Shown piece by piece: positions 16,308 to 33,800 of a stretch of DNA of 64,000 nucleotides. This DNA is from the human T2T-CHM13v2.0 reference genome, Homo sapiens. The notes under the pieces are model-generated. The model was not told the DNA's origin and searched no databases. It was given only the letters and a program-made list of their open reading frames with translations. How positions within the stretch are numbered: the first letter of the stretch is position 1; each line of letters starts with the position of its first letter. A program made the position numbers and the translations under genes. Location: assembly GCF_009914755.1 (NCBI RefSeq), contig NC_060945.1; one strand, 5' to 3'.

Positions 16308-17002
16308 CCTCCCGCCTCAGCCTCCCAAAGTGCTGGGATGACTGGCGGGAGGCACCATGCCTGCTTGGCCCAAAGAGACCCTCTTGGAAAGTGAGACGCA
16401 GAGAGCGCCTTCCAGTGATCTCATTGACTGATTTAGAGACGGCATCTCGCTCCGTCACCCCGGCAGTGGTGCCGTCGTAACTCACTCCCTGCAGCGTGGA
16501 CGCTCCTGGACTCGAGCGATCCTTCCACCTCAGCCTCCAGAGTACAGAGCCTGGGACCGCGGGCACGCGCCACTGTGCCCACACCGTTTTTAATTGTTTT
16601 TTTTTTCCCCCGAGACAGAGTTTCACTCTCGTGGCCTAGACTGCAGTGCGGTGGCGCGATCTTGGCTCACCGCAACCTCTGCCTCCCGGTTTCAAGCGAT
16701 TCTCCTGCATCGGCCTCCTGAGTAGCCGGGATTGCGGGCATGCGCTGCCACGTCTGGCTGATTTCGTATTTTTAGTGGAGACGGGGCTTCTCCATGTCGA
16801 TCGGGCTGGTTTCGAACTCCCGACCTCAGGTGATCCGCCCTCCCCGGCCTCCGGAAGTGCTGGGATGACAGGCGTGAGCCACCGCGCCCGGCCTTCATTT
16901 TTAAATGTTTTCCCACAGACGGGGTCTCATCATTTCTTTGCAACCCTCCTGCCCGGCGTCTCAAAGTGCTGGCGTGACGGGCGTGAGCCACTGCGCCTGG
17001 AC
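16308..17002 (-). mobile_element. Alu cluster: fragments at ~16308-16370, ~16433-16585 and ~16915-17002, and a full Alu at ~16612-16894
   Basis: Reverse-complement Alu motifs (CCTCCCAAAGTGCTGGG, GTGAGCCACCGCGCCCGGCC). Confidence 0.85.
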
Positions 17003-17041
17003 TCCGGGGAATGACTCACGACCACCATCGCTCTACTGATC

Positions 17042-17096
<55 letters not shown>

Positions 17097-18112
17097 GATG
17101 AATTATCTTATGATTTATTTGTGTACTTATTTTCAGACGGAGTCTCGCTCTGGGCGGGGCGAGGCGAGGCGAGGCACAGCGCATCGCTTTGGAAGCCGCG
17201 GCAACGCCTTTCAAAGCCCCATTCGTATGCACAGAGCCTTATTCCCTTCCTGGAGTTGGAGCTGATGCCTTCCGTAGCCTTGGGCTTCTCTCCATTCGGA
17301 AGCTTTGACAGGCGCAACCCCACCCAGAGGCTGGCTGCGGCTGAGGATTAGGGGGTGTGTTGGGGCTGAAAACTGGGTCCCCTATTTTTGATACCTCAGC
17401 CGACACATCCCCCGACCGCCATCGCTTGCTCGCCCTCTGAGATCCCCCGCCTCCACCGCCTTGCAGGCTCACCTCTTACTTTCATTTCTTCCTTTCTTGC
17501 GTTTGAGGAGGGGGTGCGGGAATGAGGGTGTGTGTGGGGAGGGGGTGCGGGGTGGGGACGGAGGGGAGCGTCCTAAGGGTCGATTTAGTGTCATGCCTCT
17601 TTCACCACCACCACCACCACCGAAGATGACAGCAAGGATCGGCTAAATACCGCGTGTTCTCATCTAGAAGTGGGAACTTACAGATGACAGTTCTTGCATG
17701 GGCAGAACGAGGGGGACCGGGGACGCGGAAGCCTGCTTGAGGGAGGAGGGGTGGAAGGAGAGACAGCTTCAGGAAGAAAACAAAACACGAATACTGTCGG
17801 ACACAGCACTGACTACCCGGGTGATGAAATCATCTGCACACTGAACACCCCCGTCACAAGTTTACCTATGTCACAGTCTTGCACATGTATGCTTGAACGA
17901 CAAATAAAAGTTAGGGGGGAGAAGAGAGGAGAGAGAGAGAGAGAGAGACAGAGAGAGACAGAGAGAGAGAGAGAGGAGGGAGAGAGAAAACGAAACACCA
18001 CCTCCTTGACCTGAGTCAGGGGGTTTCTGGCCTTTTGGGAGAACGTTCAGCGACAATGCAGTATTTGGGCCCGTTCTTTTTTTTTCTTCTTCTTTTCTTT
18101 CTTTTTTTTTGG

Positions 18113-18378
18113 ACTGAGTCTCTCTCGCTCTGTCACCCAGGCTGCGGTGCGGTGGCGCTCTCTCGGCTCACTGAAACCTCTGCTTCCCGGGTTCCAGTGA
18201 TTCTTCTTCGGTAGCTGGGATTACAGGCGCACACCATGACGGCCGGCTCATATTCCTATTTTCAGTAGAGACGGGGTTTCTCCACGTTGGCCACGCTGGT
18301 CTCGAACTCCTGACCTCAAATGATCCGCCTTCCTGGGCCTCCCAAAGTGCTGGAAACGACAGGCCTGAGCCGCCGGGA
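18113..18378 (-). mobile_element. Alu in Long repeat 1 (copies at ~22557-22825 and ~62875-63140)
   Basis: Reverse-complement Alu preceded by a T-rich tail. Confidence 0.85.
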
Positions 18379-18665
18379 TTTCAGCCTTTAAAAGCGCGGG
18401 CCCTGCCACCTTTCGCTGTGGCCCTTACGCTCAGAATGACGTGTCCTCTCTGCCGTAGGTTGACTCCTTGAGTCCCCTAGGCCATTGCACTGTAGCCTGG
18501 GCAGCAAGAGCCAAACTCCGTCCCCCCACCTCCCCGCGCACATAATAACTAACTAACAAACTAACTAACTAACTAAACTAACTAAATAAATAAAATCTCT
18601 ACACGTCACCTCTAAGTGTGTGTTCCCGTGAGGAGTGATTTCTAAGAAATGGCACTGTACACTGA

Positions 18666-19066
<401 letters not shown>

Positions 19067-19074
19067 CTAGGGCC

Positions 19075-19430
19075 TTCTCTCTGTCTGTTTCTCTCTGTTC
19101 GTCTCTGTCTTTCTCTCTGTGTCTCTTTCTCTGTCTGTCTGTCTCTTTCTTTCTCTCTGTCTCTGTCTCTGTCTTTGTCTCTCTCTCTCCCTCTCTGCCT
19201 GTCTCACTGTGTCTGTCTTCTGTCTTACTCTCTTTCTCTCCCCGTCTGTCTCTCTCTCTCTCTCTCCCTCCCTGTTTGTTTCTCTCTCTCCCTCCCTGTC
19301 TGTTTCTCTCTCTCTCTTTCTGTCTGTTTCTGTCTCTCTCTGTCTGTCTATGTCTTTCTCTGTCTGTCTCTTTCTCTGTCTGTCTGCCTCTCTCTTTCTT
19401 TTTCTGTGTCTCTCTGTCGGTCTCTCTCTC

Positions 19431-19465
<35 letters not shown>

Positions 19466-19653
19466 GTGCCTATCTTCTGTCTTACTCTCTTTCTCTGTCT
19501 GTCTGTCTCTCCCTCCCTTTCTGTTTCTCTCTCTCTCTCTCTCTCTCTCCCCCTCTCCCTGTCTGTTTCTCTCCGTCTCTCTCTCTTTCTGTCTGTTTCT
19601 CACTGTCTCTCTCTGTCCATCTCTCTCTCTCTCTGTCTGTCTCTTTCGTTCTC

Positions 19654-19709
<56 letters not shown>

Positions 19710-19752
19710 ACTCTCTGTGTGTATCTTCTGTCTTACTCTCCTTCTCTGCCTG

Positions 19753-19786
<34 letters not shown>

Positions 19787-20129
19787 CCTTTCTGTCTCTC
19801 TCTCTCTCTGTCCCTCTCTCTTTCTGTCTGTTCCTCTCTCTCTCTCTGTCTCTGTCTTTCTCTGTCTGTCTGCCTCTCTCTTTCTTTCTCTTTCTGTGTC
19901 TCTCTGTCTCTCTCTCTGTGCCTATCTTCTGTCTTACTCTCTTTCTCTGCCTGCCTGCCTGTCTGTCTGTCTGTCTCTCTCTGTCTCTCTCCCTGCCTTT
20001 CTGTTTCTCTCTCTCTCTCCCTCTCTCTCTCCCTCTCTCGCTCTCTCTGTCTTTCTCTCTTTCTCTCTGTTTCTCTGTCTCTCTCTGTCCGTCTCTGTCT
20101 TTTTCTGTCTGTCTCTCTCTTTCTTTCTG

Positions 20130-20162
<33 letters not shown>

Positions 20163-20254
20163 GCTTGTCTCTCTCACTGTGTCTGTCCTCTGTCTTACTC
20201 TCCTTCTCTGCCTGTCCGTCTGTCTGTCTGTCTCTCTCTCTCTCCCTCCCTTTC

Positions 20255-20289
<35 letters not shown>

Positions 20290-21212
20290 GTTTCTCTTTC
20301 TCTCTCTGTCTGTCTCTGTCTTTCTCTGTCTGTCTCTTTCTCTGTCTGTCTGTCTCCTTCTCTCTGTCTCCGTCTCTGTCTCTCTCTCTCTGTCTCTCTC
20401 TCTCTGCCTGTCTCACTGTGTCTGTCTTCTGTCTTATTCTCTTTCTCTGTCTGTCTGTCTCTCTCTCTCCCTTCCTGTCTCTTTCTCTCTCTCTCTCTCT
20501 TTCTGTCTGTTTCTCTCTGCCTGTCTCCGTCTTTCTCTGTCTGCCTCTCTCTTTCTTTTTCTGCGTCTCTCTGTCTCTCTCTCTCTGTGCCTATCTTCTG
20601 TCTTACTCTGTTTCTCTGCCTGCCTGTCTGTCTGTCTGTCTCTCTCTCTCTCTGTCTCTCTCTCTTTCTGTCTGTTTCTCTCTGTCTCTCTGTCCATCTC
20701 TGTCTTTCTCTGTCCGTCTCTCTCTTTCTCCCTGTCTCTGTCTCTGCCTCTGCCTCTCTCTCTCTCTGTCTCTCTCTTTCTATCTGTTTCTCTCTGTCTC
20801 TCTGTCCATCTCTGTCTTTCTCTGTCTGTCTCTCTCTTTCTCCCTGTCTCTGTCTCTGCCTCTCTCTCTCTCTCTGTCTGTCTCTCTCACTGTGTGTGTG
20901 TCTCTGTCTCTGCCTCTCTCTCTCTCTCTCTCTCTCTCTGTCTGTCTCTCTCACTGTGTGTGTCTGTCTTCTGTCTTACTCTCCTTCTCTGCCTGTCCGT
21001 CTGTCTGTCTGTCTCTCCCTCTCTCTCCCTCCCTTTCTGTTTCTCTCTCTCTCTCTCTCTCTTTCTGTCTGTTTCTCTCTTTCTCTCTCTGTCTGTCTCT
21101 TTCTCTGTCTGTCTGTCTCTCTCTTTCTTTTTCTCTGTCTCTCTGTCTCTCTCTGTGCCTGTCTCTCTGTCTGTGCCTATCTTCTGTCTTACTCTCTTTC
21201 TCTGGCTGACTG

Positions 21213-21249
<37 letters not shown>

Positions 21250-21350
21250 GTCTCCGTCCCTCCCTCCCTGTCTGTCTGTTTCTCTCTCTGTCCATTTCTG
21301 TCTGTCTCTTTCTCTTTCTCTCTCTTTCTTTCTCTCTGTCTCTCTCTGTC

Positions 21351-21397
<47 letters not shown>

Positions 21398-21476
21398 CTC
21401 TCTCACTGTGTCGGTCTTCTGTCTTACTCTCTTTCTCTGCCTGCCTCTCTGTCTGTCTGTCTGTCTCTCTCCCTCC

Positions 21477-21511
<35 letters not shown>

Positions 21512-21613
21512 ACTGTCTCTCCGTCTCTCTCTCTTTCTGTCTGTTTCTCTCTGTCTCTGTCTTTCTGTGTGTCTGTCTGTCTCTCTCTCTATTTGTCTTT
21601 CTCCCTCCCTGTC

Positions 21614-21652
<39 letters not shown>

Positions 21653-21722
21653 GTCTGTTTCTCTCTATCTCTCGCTGTCCATCTCTGTCTTTCTATGTCT
21701 GTCTCTTTCTCTGTCAGTCTGT
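19075..21722 (+). repeat. (CT/CTGT)n pyrimidine-rich tract 1
   Basis: Seen directly; this sequence class templates the known CU-rich IGS lncRNAs (PNCTR, rIGSRNAs). Confidence 0.95.
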
Positions 21723-21977
21723 CAGACACCCCCGTGCCGGGTAGGGCCCTGCCCCTTCCACGAAAGTGAGAAGCGCGTGCTTCGGTGCTTAGAGAGGCCG
21801 AGAGGAATCTAGACAGGCGGGCCTTGCTGGGCTTCCCCACTCGGTGTATGATTTCGGGAGGTCGAGGCCGGGTCCCCGCTTGGATGCGAGGGGCATTTTC
21901 AGACTTTTCTCTCGGTCACGTGTGGCGTCCGTACTTCTCCTATTTCCCCGATAAGCTCCTCGACTTCAACATAAACG

Positions 21978-26431
<4,454 letters not shown>

Positions 26432-26437
26432 TGTTAA

Positions 26438-26645
26438 GGCCGGACGCAACACGGCGAAACCCCGTCTCTACTAAAAATACAAAGCTGAGTCGGGAGCGGT
26501 GGGGCAGGCCCCTGTAATGCCAGCTCCTCGGGAGGCTGAGGCGGGAGAATCGCTTGAACCAGGGAAGCGGAGGCTGCAGGGAGCCGAGATCGCGCCACTG
26601 CACTACGGCCCAGGCTGTAGAGTGAGTGAGACTCGGTCTCTAAAT
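26438..26645 (+). mobile_element. Alu lacking most of its left arm
   Basis: GGCCGGACGC joins directly to AACACGGCGAAACCCCGTCTCTACTAAAAATACAAA, followed by a right arm. Confidence 0.85.
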
Positions 26646-26720
26646 AAATACGGAAATTAATTAATTCATTAATTCTTTTCCCTGCTGACGGACATTTGCA
26701 GGCAGGCATCGGTTGTCTTC

Positions 26721-26740
26721 GGGCATCACCTAGCGGCCAC
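26721..26740 (-). promoter_or_regulatory. CTCF-like motif
   Basis: Reverse complement TGGCCGCTAGGTGATGCCC resembles the CTCF core; near-identical to 36821-36840. Confidence 0.55.
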
Positions 26741-28009
26741 TGTTATTGAAAGTCGACGTGACACGGAGGGAGGTCTCGCCGACTTCACCGAGCCTGGGGC
26801 AACGGGTTTCTCTCTCTCCCTTCTGGAGGCCCCTCCCTCTCTCCCTCGTTGCCTAGGGAACCTCGCCTAGGGAACCTCCGCCCTGGCGGGGGCCCTATTG
26901 TTCTTTGATCGGCGCTTTACTTTTCTTTGTGTTTTGGCGCCTAGACTCTTCTACTTGGGCTTTGGGAAGGGTCAGTTTAATTTTCAAGTTGCCCCCCGGC
27001 TCCCCCCACTACCCACGTCCCTTCACCTTAATTTAGTGAGTCGGTTAGGTGGGTTTCCCCCAAACCGCCCCCCCCCCCCCCCGCCTCCCAACACCCTGCT
27101 TGGAAACCTTCCAGAGCCACCCCGGTGTGCCTCCGTCTTCTCTCCCCTTCCCCCACCCCTTGCCGGCGATCTCATTCTTGCCAGGCTGACATTTGCATCG
27201 GTGGGCGTCAGGCCTCACTCGGGGGCCACCGTTTTTGAAGATGGGGGCGGCACGGTCCCACTTCCCCGGAGGCAGCTTGGGCCGATGGCATAGCCCCTTG
27301 ACCCGCGTGGGCAAGCGGGCGGGTCTGCAGTTGTGAGGCTTTTCCCCCCGCTGCTTCCCGCCTCAGGCCTCCCTCCCTAGGAAAGCTTCACCCTGGCTGG
27401 GTCTCGGTCACCTTTTATCACGATGTTTTAGTTTCTCCGCCCTCCGGCCAGCAGAGTTTCACAATGCGAAGGGCGCCACGGCTCTAGTCTGGGCCTTCTC
27501 AGTACTTGCCCAAAATAGAAACGCTTTCTGAAAACTAATAACTTTGCTCACTTAAGATTTCCAGGGACGGCGCCTTGGCCCGTGTTTGTTGGCTTGTTTT
27601 GTTTCGTTCTGTTTTGTTTTGTTCGTGTTTTTCCTTTCTCGTATGTCTTTCTTTTCAGGTGAAGTAGAAATCCCCAGTTTTCAGGAAGACGTCTATTTTC
27701 CCCAAGACACGTTAGCTGCCGTTTTTTCCTGTTGTGAACTAGCGCTTTTGTGACTCTCTCAACGTGCAGTGAGAGCCGGTTGATGTTTACTATCCTTCAT
27801 CATGACATCTTATTTTCTAGAAATCCGTAGGCGAATGCTGCTGCTGCTCTTGTTGCTGTTGTTGTTGTTGTTGTTGTCGTCGTTGCTGTTGTCGTTGTCG
27901 TTGTTGTTGTCGTTGTCGTTGTTTTCAAAGTATACCCCGGCCACCGTTTATGGGATCAAAAGCATTATAAAATATGTGTGATTATTTCTTGAGCACGCCC
28001 TTCCTCCCC

Positions 28010-28592
28010 CTCTCTCTGTCTCTCTGTCTGTCTCTGTCTCTCTCTTTCTCTGTCTGTCTTCTCTCTCTCTCTCTGTGTCTCTCTCTCTCTGCCTGTCTGT
28101 TTCTCTCTCTCTGCCTCTCTCTCTCTCTCTCTCTCTGCCTGTCTCTCTCACTGTGTCTGTCTTCTGTCTTACTCCCTTTCTCTGTCTGTCTGTCGGTCTC
28201 TCTCTCTCTCTCTCCCTGTCTGTATGTTTCTCTCTGTCTCTGTCTCTCTCTCTCTTTCTGTTTCTCTCTCTCCGTCTCTGTCTTTCTCTGACTGTCTCTC
28301 TCTTTCCTTCTCTCTGTCTCTCTCTGCCTGTCTCTCTCACTCTGTCTTCTGTCTTACTCTCTCTCTCTGCCTGCCTGTCTCTCTCACTCTCTCTCTCTGT
28401 GTGTCTCTCTCTCTCTTTCTGTTTCTCTCTGTCTCTCTGTCCGTCTCTGTCTTTCTCTGTCTGTCTCTTTGTCTGTCTGTCTTTGTCTTTCCTTCTCTCT
28501 GTCTCTGTCTCTCTCACTGTGTCTGTCTTCTGTCTTAGTCTCTCTCTCTCTCTCTCCCTGTCTGTCTGTCTCTCTCTCTCTCTCCCCCTGTC

Positions 28593-28635
<43 letters not shown>

Positions 28636-29164
28636 TTGTCTTTCTTTCTGTCTCTGTCTCTCTCTCTCTCTCTGTGTGTCTGTCTTCTGTCTTACTGTCT
28701 TTCTCTGCCTGTCTGTCTGTCTGTCTCTCTCTGTCTGTCTCTCTCTCTCTCTCCCCCCTGTCGGCTGTTTCTCTGTCTCTGTCTGTGTCTCTCTTTCTGT
28801 CTGTTTCTCTCTGTCTGTCTTTCTCTCTCTGTCTCTTTCTCTCTGTCTCTCTGTCTGTCTCTGTCTCTCTCTCTGTCTCTCTCTCTCTGTGGGGGTGTGT
28901 GTGTGTGTGTGTATGTGTGTGTGTGTGTGTGTGTGTGTCTGCCTTCTGTCTTACTCTCTTTCTCTGCCTGTCTGTCTGCCTGTCTGTTTGTCTCTCTCTC
29001 TCTGCCTGTCTCTCTCCCTTCCTGTCTGTTTCTCTCTCTTTCTGTTTCTCTCTGTCTCTGTCCATCTCTGTCTTTCTCCGTCTGTCTCTTTATCTGTCTC
29101 TCTCTCTCTTTCTGTCTTTCTCTCTCTGTGTATCGTTGTCTCTCTCTGTCTGTCTCTGTCTCTG

Positions 29165-29197
<33 letters not shown>

Positions 29198-29255
29198 GTC
29201 TGTCTGTCCGTCTGTCTGTCTCGGTCTCTGGCTCTCGCTATCTCCCGCCCTCTCT
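28010..29255 (+). repeat. (CT/CTGT)n pyrimidine-rich tract 3 with a (GT)n insert at ~28895-28938
   Basis: Seen directly; shares the TCTTCTGTCTTACTC marker with tracts 1 and 2. Confidence 0.93.
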
Positions 29256-30540
29256 TTTTTTGCAAAAGAAGCTCAAGTACATCTAATCTAATCCCTTACC
29301 AAGGCCTGAATTCTTCACTTCTGACATCCCAGATTTGATCTCCCTACAGAATGCTGTACAGAACTGGCGAGTTGATTTCTGGACTTGGATACCTCATAGA
29401 AACTACATATGAATAAAGATCCAATCCTAAAATCTGGGGTGGCTTCTCCCTCGACTGTCTCGAAAAATCGTACCTCTGTTCCCCTAGGATGCCGGAAGAG
29501 TTTTCTCAATGTGCATCTGCCCGTGTCCTAAGTGATCTGTGACCGAGCCCTGTCCGTCCTGTCTCAAATATGTACGTGCAAACACTTCTCTCCATTTCCA
29601 CAACTACCCACGGCCCCTTGTGGAACCACTGGCTCTTTGAAAAAAATCCCAGAAGTGGTTTTGGCTTTTTGGCTAGGAGGCCTAAGCCTGCTGAGAACTT
29701 TCCTGCCCAGGATCCTGTGTGACCAAAAGTGCCTCTGCTGGGAGCTGGGATCCTCGGGACCATGCTTGCTAGCGCTGGATGAGTCTCTGGAAGGACGCAC
29801 GGGACTCCGCAAAGCTGACCTGTCCCACCGAGGTCAAATGGATACCTCTGCATTGGCCCGAGGCCTCCGAAGTACATCACCGTCACCAACCGTCACCGTC
29901 AGCATCCTTGTGAGCCTGCCCAAGGCCCCGCCTCCGGGGAGACTCTTGGGAGCCCGGCCTTCGTCGGCTAAAGTCCAAAGGGATGGTGACTTCCACCCAC
30001 AAGGTCCCCACTGAACGGCGAAGATGTGGAGCGTAGGTCAGAGAGGGGACCAGGAGGGGAGACGTCCCGACAGGCGACGAGTTCCCAAGGCTCTGGCCAC
30101 CCCACCCACGCCCCACGCCCCACGTCCCGGGCACCCGCGGGACACCGCCGCTTTATCCCCTCCTCTGTCCACAGCCGGCCCCACCCCACCACGCAACCCA
30201 CGCACACACGCTGGAGGTTCCAAAACCACACGGTGTGACTAGAGCCTGACGGAGCGAGAGCCCATTTCACGAGGTGGGAGGGGTGGGGGTGGGGTGGGTT
30301 GGGGGTTGTGGGGTCTGTGGCGAGCCCGATTCTCCCTCTTGGGTGGCTACAGGCTAGAAATGAATATCGCTTCTTGGGCGGAGGGGCTTCCTTAGGCCAT
30401 CACCGCTTGCGGGACTACCTCTCAAACCCTCCCTTGAGGCCACAAAATAGATTCCACCCCACCCATCGACGTTTCCCCCGGGTGCTGGATGTATCCTGTC
30501 AAGAGACCTGAGCCTGACACCGTCGAATTAAACACCTTGA

Positions 30541-30765
<225 letters not shown>

Positions 30766-30807
30766 TAGATTCGAGCCACACCTCATTCCGTGCCACAGAG
30801 AGACTTC

Positions 30808-33800
30808 TTTTTTTTTTTTTTTTTAAGCGCAACGCAACATGTCTGCCTTATTTGAGTGGCTTCCTATATCATTATAATTGTGTTATAGATGAAGAAACGG
30901 TATTAAACACTGTGCTAATGATAGTGAAAGTGAAGACAAAAGAAAGGCTATCTATTTTGTGGTTAGAATAAAGTTGCTCAGTATTTAGAGCTACCTAAAT
31001 ACGTCAGCATTTACACTCTTCCTAGTAAAAGCTGGCCAATCTGAATAATCCTCCTTTAAACAAACACAATTTTTGATAGGGTTAAGATTTTTTTAAGAAT
31101 GCGACTCCTGCAAAATAGCTGAACAGACGATACACATTTAAAAAAATAACAACACAAGGATCAACCAGACTTGGGAAAAAATCGAAAACCACACAAGTCT
31201 TATGAAGAACTGAGTTCTTAAAATAGGACGGAGAACGTAGCTATCGGAAGAGAAGGCAGTATTGGCAAGTTGATTGTTACGTTGGTCAGCAGTAGCTGGC
31301 ACTATCTTTTTGGCCATCTTTCGGGCAATGTAACTACTACAGCAAAATGAGATATGATCCATTAAACAACATATTCGCAAATCAAAAAGTGTTTCAGTAA
31401 TATAATGCTTCAGATTTAGAAGCAAATCAAATGATAGAACTCCACTGCTGTAATAAGTCACCCCAAAGATCACCGTATCTGACAAAATAACTACCACAGG
31501 GTTATGACTTCAGAATCATACTTTCTCTTGATATTTACTTATGTATGTATTTATTTTTTTTAATTTATTTCTCTTGAGACGGCGTCTCGCTCTGTCGCCC
31601 AGGCTGGAGTGCGATGGTGTGATCTCGGCTCACTGCAACCGCCACCTCCCTGGGTTCAAGCGATTCTCCTGCCTCAGCCTCCCGAGTAGCTGGGACTACA
31701 GGTGCCCGCCACCACGCCCAGCTAATCTTTATACTTTTAATAGAGACGGGGTTTCACCGTGTCGGCCCGGATGGTCTCGATCTCTTGACCTCGTGACCCG
31801 CCCGCCTCGGCCTCCCAAAGTGCTGGGATGACAGGCGTGAGCCACTGAGCCCGGCCTTCTCTTGACGTTTAAACTATGAAGTCAGTCCAGAGAAACGCAA
31901 TAAATGTCAACGGTGAGGATGGTGTTGAGGCAGAAGTAGGACCACACTTTTTCCTATCTTATTCAGTTGATAACAATATGACCTAGGTAGTAATTTCCTA
32001 TGTGCCTACTTATACACGAGTACAAAAGAGTAAAACAGAGAGACTGCTAAATTAAAGGGTACGTGAAGTTCTTCATAGTAACTCCGTAAACTGGAACACT
32101 GTCAAAAAGCAGCAGCTAGTGAATTGTTTCCATGTATTTTTCTATGATCCAATAAGTGAACTATGCTATTCCTTTCCAGTCTCCCAAGCACTTCTTGTCC
32201 CCATCACCACTTCGGTGCTCGAAGAAAAAGTAACAAATCAAGGAACACAACTAAAGAAACACACACACAAACCAAAGACAACTACAGCGTCTGCAAAAGT
32301 TTGCTAGAAGACTGAAACTGTTGAGTATAAGGATCTGGTATTCTACGATCATGAGTTCACTTCAGAGTTTGTTCAAGACATACGTTTCGTAAGGAAACAT
32401 CTTAGTTAGAAGTTATTCAGCAGTAGGTACCATCCCTAAGTATTTTTCACCAAATTCGTGACAATAAAGAGCTATCTAACCAGAAAAATTAGCGAGTACC
32501 GGCACCATCCATAGGGCTTTGTCTTTACGCTTCATTAGCACTTACCATGCCTTACAATGTCTAGGATTGACCCTGATAGCATTTCGAAAACAAGCTAATG
32601 CTTTGTCCAGTTCTTCAGTGAAGACAAGCTCACGCCCTAATGCGCTATAGGCATAAGCATCATTTGGATCCACTTCGAGAGTTCTCTGGAAGAATTGAAT
32701 CGCAATATCGTGTTCCCGTTGCAGACCGAAACAGTTCCCTGCAGCACACCAGGCCTCTGGCTGGCGAATTTTTATCCATGTCTGTGAAGTCTTTGGACAG
32801 AACTGAAAGAGCAACCTCTTTCGGAGGATGCCAAAGTGTTGTAGAGTAGATCTCCATGCCTTCGACTCTGTAATTCTCAATCCTCCTAACCTCTGAGAAT
32901 TGTCTTTCAGCTTGCGTGGACTCTGAAAGTTTACAATAGGCCCTTCCGATTTGGCACAGTACCCAACCGGTATTGCGGTGGTGAGAAGCTAGATGGCTCA
33001 AGATGCTGATAGCTTCTTTGCCGTGGTAAGAACACAAAGCTAAATAACCTTTCCCCCTTTCACGAAGAAGGCTCATCAAGCCTTCCGCTGCTGCTTTTTG
33101 TAGATTAAAAGCCTGAATCTGAGGCGCGATTGCGGCTATTTTCCCTTCTGAAATGACGGAAGAGTCCAATTTTGTCACTTCCAGGCTATCACTTATGTTC
33201 GGTGGAGTTATTGCTCCTTTATTAGTTTTACTTTTGGTTCTTCTGTTTGGGATTTTAGGTGGAAACTTCATTTTTAATTTTCTCCTATTCTCCTCGGTTG
33301 TGGAGCTGTCACTAGTCAAGAGTCGTGAATGTCTTCGAGGCGGTGCATTTGGGGGAGATGCCATAGTGGGGCTCAATACCTGAGGTGTTGCCCTTGTCGG
33401 CGGACCAGAACTTTGTGTTTTTGCAAGGACTGGAGTTACCTTTCGGCTCTTTCCCCTCTGCGAGAAGACAGACGGTGTTCCGGTTTGGCCGATTCTGGCA
33501 ACAGGCTTTTTTGAAGGGGCTCCGGTGGATGGCACGTCAATGACAGACGGTGTCTCATACCAGTGCAGTTTTGTCAATAGGGTCCGTCTCCGGGACTTGG
33601 GGTTTCTAATGGCAAAATGCCAACACTTGGGGTTAATGGACTAACAGCTGCTGGTCCTCCTAATAAACTTCGACCAGTTTTTGGTTTATGTTGAACCTGT
33701 TTAGATCATATGGAAGTTCCTGTTCCCAGTGGGACAGTATCAGGTGAAAGGACAGCTGAATCGATAGAAGACACTGGGGAGTCTGTATTCAAGGAGTACT

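Noticed and set aside
31138-31497. 119-aa ORF in AT-rich sequence
   Set aside because: No recognisable homology, and it lies in the inferred non-coding extension of the CDC27 retrocopy
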